Shown: positions 9,392 through 19,254, numbered from the stretch's first letter. The stretch is 64,000 nucleotides of DNA from Verrucomicrobiota bacterium (GCA_049518415.1 JBEKRX010000010.1:14964-78963), one strand, 5' to 3'. The notes: generated by a model from the sequence alone, not told the origin. Made by a program: numbers and translations.

Positions 9392-9632
9392 TCGCAGCTT
9401 AACCCTGCGGTTGGTTCCGCTCCGTGAGCGGTGACACGCTCGCGGAGCTTTGATTTCACTCAGTTTAGGTGAGTCCGGGTAGGGAAGGGCGATGCGGCTT
9501 ATGGGGCCGACAAAGACCCGACCCATTCCCGCCCGGACAGGCACGACGGCAACAGGCTGCGAATGCAGCGCGGGTGCGCTGGTGGACCACTCTTGGCCTG
9601 TTGGCGAAATTCTCATGAATCCCAATGGATTC

Positions 9633-10367
9633 TCACACTTTTGAATAAACCGCGCCTTTTGCCCCTTGGCGCTCTGAAACCATTTTCAGTGAACGCTTGG
9701 TATTTTTGAGCCAGTATAGCACCGTTGAGATTGCCCCCGCCGGCAGTACCTTCGATGGGAAACGCTGCCTCACAAGCTTTTCAACGTCTGAGGCTTGAAA
9801 GTTCCCATTAATGCCGCTGATGACTTCCTTAATCTCGCCGTGCGTCACGTTGTTCTTTTTCTCGGGAGTTGGCGGCAATGCCGGGGGTTCTTCGGTGCCC
9901 GCCGCCTGCGGCTCTTCCGGCTTGGGGGGCTTGGCATTCGGATACCAGATCAAGAGCCCAAAATCCCCATTGGGCAAGCGATGGAAGATGCTGCTGCTTT
10001 TCCGCAGATTATTCCGAACGGTCGTTTTGGCGTTTTCCTCATTCTCTGTTTCAAACTTGTAACCACCGCTCTTGATGGCTTCGTAAATCTCAGAAACCGT
10101 TGCCGGGCCTTGATTCGCAGCCTTCCTCATCTCAAGATAATTCCTGATGGCCGTGGTAATGGCAAGGCCGTAGAACTGGTCTCCCCGAATCCTCAAAGGT
10201 TCGTCTCCAAGGATAGTTATGTCGGCATAACGCAGGGGCAGCCCGCCCTCTGAGCAAAGCTCATTGACCAGCTTTTTAAGCTTCGCGGCCTCGTCCTCCT
10301 TCACGCGGACTCTTTGGGCCAAAACCTCGATTGTATTTGAAATTGGCTCGTTCATAATCTGATTCAC
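9633..10367 (-). CDS. Hypothetical protein (orphan, AT-richer islet); possible winged-helix-like central segment
   Basis: 244-aa ORF with protein-like composition. It has an N-terminal helical segment, a P/E-rich linker (KPPKPEEPQAAGTEEPPALPPTPEKK) and a C-terminal domain. No enzymatic motif was recognised. Confidence 0.55.
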   Translation of the reverse strand: MNQIMNEPISNTIEVLAQRVRVKEDEAAKLKKLVNELCSEGGLPLRYADITILGDEPLRIRGDQFYGLAITTAIRNYLEMRKAANQGPATVSEIYEAIKSGGYKFETENEENAKTTVRNNLRKSSSIFHRLPNGDFGLLIWYPNAKPPKPEEPQAAGTEEPPALPPTPEKKNNVTHGEIKEVISGINGNFQASDVEKLVRQRFPSKVLPAGAISTVLYWLKNTKRSLKMVSERQGAKGAVYSKV

Positions 10368-10640
10368 CTGTTATGCGACTAATGAAACATCATAGCTTAC
10401 GCTAGTCAACCGCATTTCATCATTTTCGGCGATTTATTTTTGGGCAACAGATTGGATATATGGCACGAGTTATGCTGCCATAGCAGCATCAGCCGGAATA
10501 CGACCACAGTTAATCCTCGCACTTTTCATTTGCACTAGTCCCATCGTATGCGATGATAGATAAGAAGCCCCCGTTGGCGGACTTGGAAGTCTGCCCGCAG
10601 GTGGACGCCTGCCGGGGGCCGTTAAACAAGTCGGTTCGTT

Positions 10641-10988
10641 ATGAGTGATACAAACACAACCTGCACATGGACCGGTGCCAGCGGCACCAAATACACGTAC
10701 TACATCTATACCCTACCCCAGACTTTTAGCAAGTGCGACGGCAATTATATCTATGCCAAGCGCACCACCGGGGCTTGGCTTGCGGTTTACATCGGTGAGG
10801 GTGATCTCGCAGACCGCTGTAGTGAGAATCATCACCGCGCGGACTGCATTTCTGAAAAGGGTGCAACACATGTTCACGCTCACAAAAACGCCTCCGAGGA
10901 GGACCGCAAAGCCGAAGAATCAGATCTGCTCGCCGGCAACCCGGAGGCTTATGAGCCCGCAGGCTGTAATGTGAAAGAGGGCGGCTAA
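10641..10988 (+). CDS. Small hypothetical protein with a GIY-YIG-like N-terminal pattern
   Basis: 115-aa ORF. The segment GNYIYAKRTTGAWLAVYIGEGDLADR ... GATHVHAH resembles the GIY...YIGxxxxLxxR layout of GIY-YIG superfamily minimal proteins. The assignment is motif-level only. Confidence 0.4.
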   Translation: MSDTNTTCTWTGASGTKYTYYIYTLPQTFSKCDGNYIYAKRTTGAWLAVYIGEGDLADRCSENHHRADCISEKGATHVHAHKNASEEDRKAEESDLLAGNPEAYEPAGCNVKEGG

Positions 10989-11513
10989 CGATTCGCCGCC
11001 TCCTTTGCTGCCGTCGGTTTATCGGGCACGCCCGGCAGCGGCTGCCAAGCGACCCACTGGTACAGCCCCGAGGCCATGCCGATCAATTCGGCCTCGGTTG
11101 ACGGGCGAGGGCTGACTATTGCTGCGATTTCACAGCATCGCATACGGATGTCGCACAAGCGGGTTAATGCCGCACTTGCTGGTTTACTATTCTGCATGAC
11201 TGCTATTTCCGTGCTGGTTGAGCCGCTCGGAATCGCACGGCCCGCGCCTTAGAAGGCGCACGCTACCGCGACAACCGGAAGCACGCACCGCAGAACCGCG
11301 ACCAGGCCGCAAGCCGACCTTGGGGTGCCACAGTCAAACCGTGCCGCTGCCAGAGGTCCAGCAACAATCTAGTATTACACCACCCCGCAGGCAGCCCTGG
11401 CTTAAGCAGGGCCGACGGCCATCGTGGCCCTAATCAGAGGGATGTGCCTGGCCGTTGAAAAGCAAGCAAAACCTCGCTACCCCGTTTGTGGAGAGGCGCC
11501 CAAAGGCGCCCGC

Positions 11514-12488
11514 TCAGCAGGTCCAGGGGCGGGCGCGGTCCTTGGCCCGGTCGAGCGCCTCGAGCGCCAGCTTGACGTCTTCGGCGATTTCGAAGTCGAA
11601 CATGCCGGCAAGCACGCAATCGGCCCCGTGTTGGAAGACGTAGCGGAAGGCGTTTTGAGGCGGGATGGCCCCGGCGGCCATGACTTTGAAGGCGAGCCAG
11701 GGTTTCTGGACGGTCTGCATGAACTGGGCGGTCTCCTCCGGGTTGCGGCACCAGTAGCCGGGGAACTCATTGTAGGGCTCTTTCAATTGCTCGGGCTTGG
11801 GCCCGGTCGGGTAGCTATGGTGGTGGAACGTCTTGATGTAGAAGTCGGCCTTGACACCGTGGGTCTCGCAGGCCTTGACCACGTCCAGCGAGTGCCCGCC
11901 CACCCCGGAGGGCACGCCAAATTCCTTGGCGACCTCGACCGCTTTGGCGACCAGGTCCAGCTTGCCCTGGGCGACGAGCGAATCCGCATGCACGCCCCAG
12001 AGGTAGATCGCCTCACAACCGTCCTTGACCAGTTCTTCGACCTGCTGCCGGTACTGGACCATGTCCGACTCCACCGGAGCGGTGGGGCAAATGATCCACT
12101 GGATTTTGCCGCCACGTTCCTTGCGGTAACGCCGCAGCACGGAGATCGGGTGCGGCGGGTTGTGCATCGAGACGGTGTTGATGCCGTTGGCCTCCGCCAG
12201 CGCCAGGGTCTCCATGATTTTCTCGTCCGTGTTGTAGTGGGCCGCCAGTGTATAGACGTACTTCAAGTCGCGGCTGTGCGTGTAATGCGTCAGCAGGTTC
12301 CCGCCGAGGATGAGCCGGCTCACCTCCAGTTTGCCAATCCTGGCTTTGGGCAGCGCCCCGGCCGAGGCGGGCGCGGCCCCTCCGGCCGCAGATGCATTTT
12401 GAGCCTTTGCCTCCGCCGCCAGGGCCAGCCCGGCGGAGGAGATCAGGGTAGTCTTGACGAAGGAGCGGCGAGTCATATTCGGACGCAT
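11514..12488 (-). CDS. Tat-signal-bearing exported protein of unknown function (TIM-barrel-like by composition)
   Basis: 324-aa ORF. The N-terminus MTRRSFVKTTLISSAGLALAAEAKA is a twin-arginine signal. No catalytic motif could be named. Confidence 0.65.
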   Translation of the reverse strand: MRPNMTRRSFVKTTLISSAGLALAAEAKAQNASAAGGAAPASAGALPKARIGKLEVSRLILGGNLLTHYTHSRDLKYVYTLAAHYNTDEKIMETLALAEANGINTVSMHNPPHPISVLRRYRKERGGKIQWIICPTAPVESDMVQYRQQVEELVKDGCEAIYLWGVHADSLVAQGKLDLVAKAVEVAKEFGVPSGVGGHSLDVVKACETHGVKADFYIKTFHHHSYPTGPKPEQLKEPYNEFPGYWCRNPEETAQFMQTVQKPWLAFKVMAAGAIPPQNAFRYVFQHGADCVLAGMFDFEIAEDVKLALEALDRAKDRARPWTC

Positions 12489-12741
12489 AAGTTCTACTTT
12501 CTTGTCTGGGTATCCCGGCCGCCTGCGGGCGGCAGGCGACCGGGGCGATTACAGCTCTTAACGTTGCGCCCGAATTATTATTCGGCCCCGGCCGGAAGTC
12601 AATTGGCAATTGAAAATTGGAAATTGGCAATTCCACTCCGCGCTCGGCCCTCAAGGCTGCCGGCCCGCCGCCTCTTTCATCTCCCGCAGACCTGCTCCTC
12701 TGCGTTCCGGACCCAGGCGCCAGGTCGCGCGTCCGGCCAGT

Positions 12742-13575
12742 CTATTTGGCCGGGGAAGAGGACCCGGAGACATCGTGTTTCGTCGCCGGGGCAGGGGCGG
12801 GCGGGGAGGCAGGGTCGGACCCGGGCCCGGCAGATGCACTCCTGGCGGGCGGGGCCGGGAGCCGGCGGCGCAGCTTGTTTCGGAACCAAAGGCGCCAGAC
12901 CATGAGGAACGCTTCGCGGATGATGTGGCCGGACATCTTGGAATGCCCCTGGAAACGGTCAGTGAAGATGATGGGCACTTCGACGATCCTCAGCCCCTGG
13001 CTCCACAGCTCGTGGGTCGTCTCGACCTGAAAGCTGTAACCGGTCGAGCGGATGTCATCGAGGTTGATGGCTTGGAGGGCGCGCCGGCGGAAGCACTTGT
13101 AGCCGCCGGTCGGATCGGAGAAGCGCATGCCCGTCACCATGCGCACGTACTTGGCCGCGCAACTGCTCAATAACAGGCGGCTGAGCGGCCAGTTGATGAT
13201 GCGAATGCCATTGAGGTAGCGCGAGCCCAGCACCACGTCAGCGTCTTTGACGGCCTCCAGGAACGTCGGGATGTCGTCCGGGTTGTGCGACAGGTCACCA
13301 TCCAGTTCGAATATGTACTCGTAGGCCCGCGCCAACGCCCACTTGAACCCGGCGATATAGGCCGGGCCGAGCCCGCCTTTCTCCTGGCGGTGCAGCACCT
13401 GGATCGAGGCGTGTTTCGCCGCCAGTTCGTCGGCCAGTTCGCCGGTTCCGTCCGGCGAATTGTCGTCCACCACCAGCAGATCCACCGGGACCGGCAGGGC
13501 CAGCAGCCGTTGGGCGAGCGGGAGAAGATTCTCCCGCTCGTTGTACGTCGGCACTATCACCAGGGTGCTGTTCAT
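12742..13575 (-). CDS. GT2 polyprenol/dolichol-phosphate mannosyltransferase (Ppm1/DPM1-like)
   Basis: LVIVPTYNERENL, LLVVDDNSPDGTGE, GLGPAYIAGF and FELDGDLSHNP are hallmark DPM1-type GT2 motifs. It has a Pro/Ala/Ser-rich C-terminal tail. Confidence 0.85.
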   Translation of the reverse strand: MNSTLVIVPTYNERENLLPLAQRLLALPVPVDLLVVDDNSPDGTGELADELAAKHASIQVLHRQEKGGLGPAYIAGFKWALARAYEYIFELDGDLSHNPDDIPTFLEAVKDADVVLGSRYLNGIRIINWPLSRLLLSSCAAKYVRMVTGMRFSDPTGGYKCFRRRALQAINLDDIRSTGYSFQVETTHELWSQGLRIVEVPIIFTDRFQGHSKMSGHIIREAFLMVWRLWFRNKLRRRLPAPPARSASAGPGSDPASPPAPAPATKHDVSGSSSPAK

Positions 13576-13748
13576 GCAATTAGCGCCCGCAGATTCTTAG
13601 GCCACCTCCAACCAGAAGACAAGCCAAGACTTAAGCCCTGGTGGCTGGCCCGGACAATCTCGGCGGCGTCATCCTGCTCGACATGCTGCGCTGGATTTGT
13701 AAGGACTATCCGAAGTGACGCATTGAACCTTCAACGCCTGATTCCACC

Positions 13749-15242
13749 ATGAAAAGAACTCTTCGTGCATGGCTTCTGCTCGCCGCAGCACTGGACGCGA
13801 CGGTTGGCGTCCAAGCGCAACGGGCGGCGTTTCCGGGCAACCCATCGGCCTCTCCCGTTCCTGGCGCAGCCTCGGGGCAGACCGCGGCTAGCGGTCAAGG
13901 CGGCTGGGGCTTCGGCGGAGCCAACACCGCCGCTTCGGCACAAGACCGCCAGAAAATGATGGACCTGCTCCACATCACTTCACTGCGGCCGGGACGCAAT
14001 GGCAGCAACCCGCAGGCGACCAACTACGCCAACTACGACGAGTCCAAAGCAAACCCCTTTCCAAACCTGCCGGATCCGCTGGTGTTGAAGAACGGACAAA
14101 AGGTCGTGACGGCGGCGATGTGGTGGACCCAGCGTCGCGCGGAAATCGTGGAGGATTTCGACCGGGAGGTTTATGGCCGGGTGCCGAAAAGCACGCCGGC
14201 GGTGACGTGGGAAGTAACCAGCACGACGAAGACAAACCACGGCGGTGCGCCGGTCATCACCAAACAACTTGTGGGTCGCGTCGACAATTCGGTCTATCCG
14301 GAAATCACCGTGAACATTCAAGCGTCCCTGACGACGCCGGCGAATGCGACCGGGCCGGTGCCGGTGATGATGCAGTTTGGGTTCATCGGCGGGTTTGGCG
14401 GGCTTGGTGGCACAAATGCCGTCAGTGGCACCAACCGTTTCCCGCGGGCCGGATTGGGCGGCACCAACAGTGGACCGCCCTGGCAACAGCAGGTTCTCGC
14501 CAAGGGCTGGGGCTACGCGGTCATCAGCCCGAACAGCATTCAGGCCGACAACGGCGCGGGCTTGAGGCAAGGCATCATCGGCCTCTGCAACCAAGGCCAA
14601 CACCGCAAGCCGGATGACTGGGGCGCGTTGCGCGCCTGGGCTTGGGGCGCCAGCCGGACGCTGGATTATTTCGAGACCGACAAGGCGGTGGACGCGAAGC
14701 AAGTAGGCCTTGAAGGCCACTCCCGCTACGGCAAGGCGACGATTGTAGCCATGGCCTACGACCCGCGCTTCGCCATCGCCTACGTCAGTTCCTCAGGCGC
14801 GGGCGGCGCGAAACTGCATCGGCGGGATTGGGGTGAGATCGTGGAGAACGTCGCCAGCACCAGCGAATACCACTGGATGGCCGGCAACTTCCTCAAATAC
14901 GCCGGCCCCCTGACCTGGGGCGACCTGCCGGTAGATTCCCACGAACTGATCGCGATGTGCGCACCGCGTCCGGTGTTTTTGAGCGCCGGCGCGACCCGTG
15001 GTGACGGCTGGGTGGACGCGAAAGGGACCTTCCTCGCGGGGGTCGGCGCGGGTCCGGTATATGAACTCCTCGGCAAGAAGGCGATGAACGCCGCGGAATT
15101 TCCTGCCATCGAAACACTGGTCGATGGCGACGTTGCTTTCCGCCAGCACAGCGGCGGTCACACCGACGGCCCGAACTGGCCGGCGTTTCTGGAATTCGCC
15201 TCCCGGTATTTCCGTCCAGGTGCTGCTTCACAGGCGAAATGA
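13749..15242 (+). CDS. CE15-family glucuronoyl esterase-like protein, secreted
   Basis: Signal peptide MKRTLRAWLLLAAALDATVGVQA. The nucleophile motif LEGHSRYGKA matches the bacterial CE15 G-x-S-R-x-GK signature. Confidence 0.7.
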   Translation: MKRTLRAWLLLAAALDATVGVQAQRAAFPGNPSASPVPGAASGQTAASGQGGWGFGGANTAASAQDRQKMMDLLHITSLRPGRNGSNPQATNYANYDESKANPFPNLPDPLVLKNGQKVVTAAMWWTQRRAEIVEDFDREVYGRVPKSTPAVTWEVTSTTKTNHGGAPVITKQLVGRVDNSVYPEITVNIQASLTTPANATGPVPVMMQFGFIGGFGGLGGTNAVSGTNRFPRAGLGGTNSGPPWQQQVLAKGWGYAVISPNSIQADNGAGLRQGIIGLCNQGQHRKPDDWGALRAWAWGASRTLDYFETDKAVDAKQVGLEGHSRYGKATIVAMAYDPRFAIAYVSSSGAGGAKLHRRDWGEIVENVASTSEYHWMAGNFLKYAGPLTWGDLPVDSHELIAMCAPRPVFLSAGATRGDGWVDAKGTFLAGVGAGPVYELLGKKAMNAAEFPAIETLVDGDVAFRQHSGGHTDGPNWPAFLEFASRYFRPGAASQAK

Positions 15243-15670
15243 GCCGGCCGAGAGCCCAGCTACTGCTTGCGTCCTTCCACTGTCCATCTGTGCCTCTGCC
15301 GTCGGTCCACCGAACCCTCACCTTGCTCCCAGAGGGCCAACTGCCGTTTTGACGCTGACGCGGTAAGCAAAGCCTATCCACGATGGCAGCCATGCAATAT
15401 CCTTGGCCGTGGACCAGAAAACGCTATGAGGAAACTGTTTCTCGTCGCTCTGGTTTTAACGCGGCGGAGCCGCAACCAAGAGCGAAGCGTCAATTCCTGA
15501 GTGGGAAGAACAACGTGCGCCTTCCCCCGCCGCGTTAAATGCGGCGCTCCGCGCCGAAGAATCAGGCCCCTCCAAAGGAAACATGCCAAGACATTCACGC
15601 AAAAACGTGGATGTTGCGACCAAAGACTCTAAGGTGTGTCGCCGCCGGAGCGCATGGGGAGGCAGTGAAA

Positions 15671-15856
15671 TCTCTTCGCCTGATCCTCCCGCCGCAGCCC
15701 GACCCCGTGGTCGAGAACGTCGGGCGCGTGTTCGCGCGTCAAGTTCAGAGTAATTGCGACGCGCGGGTCGTTGCCCGGGGCGAGGCGCCGCTCACGGTGG
15801 AGCTGGCCATCGAGCCGGGCATCGGCGCCGAAGGGTACAAGATCGCCGACGGCGTC
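15671..15856 (+). pseudogene. Remnant of the N-terminus of a glycoside-hydrolase-like gene
   Basis: The frame encodes SLRLILPPQPDPVVENVGRVFARQVQSNCDARVVARGEAPLTVELAIEPGIGAEGYKIADGV. This resembles the N-terminal module common in secreted GH20-fold/DUF4838-type proteins. The similarity then stops and no continuation exists in any frame. Confidence 0.3.
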
Positions 15857-15989
15857 AACCCGCAGCCCGGCCGCCTTCAGAGGCGCGGGGACGAGACCAA
15901 GGATTGGCCCTGGCGAGTTTGCCGGAGATCCCCGCCCGCACTTTCGCATTGAACATTCTGCCCGAGTGGAGCTATCAAGGGCGCTGTTT

Positions 15990-17105
15990 ATGAAAACGAA
16001 ACCCTTTATAGCTGTGGCGATCTTGACCCTCGCCAGTTCGGCCCTCGCGCAACGCCCTGTTTCGCCCGAGGTCCAAGCCGATGGCCGCCTCACCTTCCGC
16101 CTCCGAGCGCCCGAGGCCAGGGAGGTGCAGGTGCATTGCGAGGGCGTCAAGGCCTCGCAGATGCAAAAGGACGACCAGGGGGTGTGGTCGCTGACCAGCG
16201 AACCGCTGGAGCCGGACGTCTATGCCTATTCGTTCACCATTGACGGGGTCCGCTCCCTTGATCCCAACAACCCGCTGCTGAAGTACAACCTGCTCAATAC
16301 CGACAGCCAGGTGCGCGTGCCCGGCCCGGCGAGCCTGCCCTGGGAAATCAACGACGTGCCCCACGGGCAGTTGCATCGTCACTTCTACCGCTCCGGCGTC
16401 GCGGGGGACGACCGGGACTTTTACGTCTATACGCCTCCCGGCTATGACCCCGCTTTCGGCAGACGCTATCCCGTGCTCTGCCTGCTCCACGGTTACAGCG
16501 ACGATGCCAGCGCCTGGACGGGGGTCGGCTTGGCCCACGTTATCCTCGACAACCTGATTGCCCGCAAGCAGGCCAAACCGATGCTGGTCGTCATGCCGCT
16601 GGGCTACGGCACCATGGAAGTCGTCCGGGCCGGCTGGGGCGGACTGCGCCGAGGCGACCTCTGGCAGCAGAATATGGACAAGTTCCGGGAAACGCTCTTG
16701 AACGAAGTGCTGCCGCAGGTGGAAAAGGCCTACCGCGTCTTGCCGGCGCCCAGGTCGCGCGCCATTGCGGGACTTTCCATGGGCGGCTCCGAATCGCTCC
16801 TGGTCGGCCTCAATGCCCCCGAGCGTTTTGCCTGGATTGGCGCCTTCAGCTCGGGCGGATTGGGCACCAACCTGGCGGCCCAGTTCCCGGCCCTGGATGA
16901 AAAGGCCAACAGCCAATTGCGCCTGTTGTGGATCGGCTGCGGCGAGCAGGACGGCCTGCTGGCCGCCAATCAGCAGCTCAGCCAATGGCTCAAGTCCAAA
17001 GCCATCCGCCACACCTGGGTGCAGACCCCCGGCCAGCACAGCTTCCGCCTCTGGCGCCGTTATCTGGCCGACTTCACCCCGCTGCTGTTCCAGGAGAAAA
17101 AGTAA
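15990..17105 (+). CDS. Secreted esterase (CE1 / esterase D-enterochelin esterase-like) with an N-terminal Ig/CBM48-like domain
   Basis: The start was re-picked at the in-frame ATG 15990, giving the signal peptide MKTKPFIAVAILTLASSALAQ. The motifs are DFYVYTPPGYD, LLHGYSDDASAW and the nucleophile elbow GLSMGG. Confidence 0.75.
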   Translation: MKTKPFIAVAILTLASSALAQRPVSPEVQADGRLTFRLRAPEAREVQVHCEGVKASQMQKDDQGVWSLTSEPLEPDVYAYSFTIDGVRSLDPNNPLLKYNLLNTDSQVRVPGPASLPWEINDVPHGQLHRHFYRSGVAGDDRDFYVYTPPGYDPAFGRRYPVLCLLHGYSDDASAWTGVGLAHVILDNLIARKQAKPMLVVMPLGYGTMEVVRAGWGGLRRGDLWQQNMDKFRETLLNEVLPQVEKAYRVLPAPRSRAIAGLSMGGSESLLVGLNAPERFAWIGAFSSGGLGTNLAAQFPALDEKANSQLRLLWIGCGEQDGLLAANQQLSQWLKSKAIRHTWVQTPGQHSFRLWRRYLADFTPLLFQEKK

Positions 17106-17208
17106 GCGGGGATGCGGCTACTGAGCCGTCCGCCGCCTGGGCGACACACCGCCCTCAAAGCACTTGACATTTATGGACCCGCCGCTCTAAATAGGCCCGC
17201 GTTAGGGT

Positions 17209-18063
17209 TTGAAGGATTTGGCCGGGCGCGGGCTCAAGCCGACAGAACTTCCAACCGACACCATGAGCCTAGACAGAGAGCCGCCCCATCCGGCTGCCCC
17301 CCAGCCGTTTCCGGGAATTGCTCCGCCTGAATTGGAGTCCAGTCCTCCGCTCCGGCAGGAGCGTTTTGAGCCAGGGATTCCCGGCGCAGAACCCAGAGCC
17401 GAGGCGGCGGCGGCGGCCATTGACGCCCAACTCCTAGCCTGCTCTCTGCGGCAGAAGCGGGTCCAGCTCTTGGTCAAAAGGCTGCTCGACGCCGGTGGCG
17501 CCTTGGCCGCCCTGGTGGCGCTCTCACCGCTCTGCCTGCTGGCGGCTCTGTTCATTCGATTAAGCTCGCGCGGACCGGTGCTCTTCAGGCACCAGCGGGT
17601 TGGCTACCTCCAGAAATCTTTCGTCTTGTACAAGTTTCGAACCATGCGCGTCGAGCCTGACGGTGCCTGGACGGCGGCGCAACAGGCCGCCGCCAGTTCC
17701 GGAGTATTGGTCAAGGCCAGGCACGATCCACGGGTCACAAGCCTGGGCCGAATCCTGCGCTCAACGAGCCTGGATGAGCTGCCTCAACTCTTCAACGTGC
17801 TCAAGGGAGACATGAGCCTGGTGGGGCCGCGCCCCCTGGTTCCCTTCATGCTGGCGCCGTACCCTGCCTTGAGTCAGGTGCGTTCCTTGGTGCGGCCTGG
17901 CATGACCGGCCTTTGGCAAATCAGGGACCGTCAGCACAACACCAGCGCCAGCGCCATGATGCGGCACGACCTTGAGTACGTGCGAAGGTTCAGCCTGCGA
18001 CTGGACCTGGCCATCCTCCTGCGGACGCCCTTGGTGGTGGCCTCGCGGGAGGGGGCTTATTGA
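17209..18063 (+). CDS. Polyprenyl-phosphate sugar-1-phosphate transferase (WbaP/EpsL-type bacterial sugar transferase)
   Basis: KRLLDAGGALAALVALSPLCLLAALFIRL, GPVLFRHQRVG, LYKFRTM and DELPQLFNVLKGDMSLVGPRP. The start could be the internal ATG near 17262. Confidence 0.85.
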   Translation: MKDLAGRGLKPTELPTDTMSLDREPPHPAAPQPFPGIAPPELESSPPLRQERFEPGIPGAEPRAEAAAAAIDAQLLACSLRQKRVQLLVKRLLDAGGALAALVALSPLCLLAALFIRLSSRGPVLFRHQRVGYLQKSFVLYKFRTMRVEPDGAWTAAQQAAASSGVLVKARHDPRVTSLGRILRSTSLDELPQLFNVLKGDMSLVGPRPLVPFMLAPYPALSQVRSLVRPGMTGLWQIRDRQHNTSASAMMRHDLEYVRRFSLRLDLAILLRTPLVVASREGAY

Positions 18064-18074
18064 GGCCCCTGGCA

Positions 18075-19205
18075 ATGAACGTGGACTATCTGGTCGTAGG
18101 CTCCGGTTTAACCGGCAGCACCATTGCGCGCCTCCTGATCGATCATCAGCGGGAGGTCCTGATGCTGGAACGACGCCTCCAGCCGGGCGGCAACGTCCGC
18201 GATTTCATGCATCCGGCCCGATTTCGCGTCCACACCTATGGCCCGCACTACTTCCGCTGCTCCTCCCTGGAAGTTTGGGAATTCGTCAACCGATTTTCCA
18301 GTTTCTACCCTTACCGGGCCAGCATTAAGGCAAAGGTCGCTGGCCAGTATTGGGATTGGCCCCTGAGCCAAACCCTCCTGGACCAGTATCCCGGGTGGGA
18401 GAGCCCCCGCCACGCCGGCACGCCCAGCGATTTCGAGGAGGCTTGCCTGCGGAAGATGCCACGCTCCGTTTACGAGACCTTCATCAAGGGTTACACGCGC
18501 AGGCAATGGGGCGTAGAGCCTCGGCGGCTGGCTCCTGACCTCGCCGACCGCATCCGCATCAATGGTCGCGGCCAGGTCGGGCTGGCGCCGCACTGCTTGT
18601 TCCAGGTCCTCCCCGCCGCCGGCTACTCCCAGCTCATGGCCAACATGATCGCTGGCATCCCCTGTCGCCTGGGCGTTGATTACTTGCAGGACCCGTCTGA
18701 ATACCGGGCCCGCAAGGCCTTGATTTACACCGGACCGATTGATGCCTTCTTCCAATTCGACGCCGGCCGGCTGAGCTACCGTGCCCAGAAACGCATCCAC
18801 CAATTCCTCCCCCACTGCGATCGCTATCAGCCTTGCGCCCAAGTCAACCATGCCGATGAAGACGATCACGGGCCGCTGCGGACGCTGGAATGGAAACATC
18901 TGTTGCCGCCCGCCCAACAGCAACCCGCCAGCGGCACACTCATCACGCGGGAGTACCCATTCACGCCCCAGGACCCCGATGAATTCGAATATCCCGTGCC
19001 GACCCCGCACAACGCCCAACTGTACGAGCTTTACCGCCAGCGGGCCCAAGCCGTGCCGAAATTGACCGTCTGCGGCCGCCTGGGCTCCTACTGCTACCTC
19101 GACATGGACGGGGCGATTGGCGTCGCCTTGGGCCTGGCAAAGCAGTTGCTCCAGCAGAGCACCACTGGCATCCCCGGAGGCAGCGGGCCGGCAGGTCCAG
19201 GGTGA
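18075..19205 (+). CDS. glf: UDP-galactopyranose mutase
   Basis: The start was re-picked at ATG 18075 (MNVDYLVVGSGLTGSTIA, a GxGxxG FAD motif). Other motifs are HTYGPHYF, YTRRQWG and EYPVP ... GRLGSYCYLDMD. Confidence 0.85.
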   Translation: MNVDYLVVGSGLTGSTIARLLIDHQREVLMLERRLQPGGNVRDFMHPARFRVHTYGPHYFRCSSLEVWEFVNRFSSFYPYRASIKAKVAGQYWDWPLSQTLLDQYPGWESPRHAGTPSDFEEACLRKMPRSVYETFIKGYTRRQWGVEPRRLAPDLADRIRINGRGQVGLAPHCLFQVLPAAGYSQLMANMIAGIPCRLGVDYLQDPSEYRARKALIYTGPIDAFFQFDAGRLSYRAQKRIHQFLPHCDRYQPCAQVNHADEDDHGPLRTLEWKHLLPPAQQQPASGTLITREYPFTPQDPDEFEYPVPTPHNAQLYELYRQRAQAVPKLTVCGRLGSYCYLDMDGAIGVALGLAKQLLQQSTTGIPGGSGPAGPG

Positions 19206-19254
19206 CAAGGGTTGTTTTTGCCCAGGAACCCCCTCCCTTCCCTGGCCTGGCACC

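Noticed and set aside
9356-9625. 89-aa minus-strand ORF in the gap right of the IS1-like element.
   Set aside because: It is Arg/Pro/Ser-rich and overlaps the putative IS end. It is more likely non-coding flank.
10985-11197. 70-aa minus-strand ORF downstream of the GIY-YIG-like gene.
   Set aside because: It has no motif, no RBS-like sequence that I could see, and no partner. Coding status is undecidable from the sequence alone.
11495-11510. ggcgcc-caaa-ggcgcc hairpin 4 nt past the stop of the 11514-12488 gene, considered as a terminator (a similar gcgcc-aaag-ggcgc lies near 21590).
   Set aside because: The stem is only 5-6 bp and no U-tract follows, so the evidence is too weak to call.
15771-15989. 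73-codon N-terminal extension of the CE1-like esterase ORF.
   Set aside because: The extension is Arg/Pro/Ser-rich. The in-frame ATG 15990 gives a canonical signal peptide.
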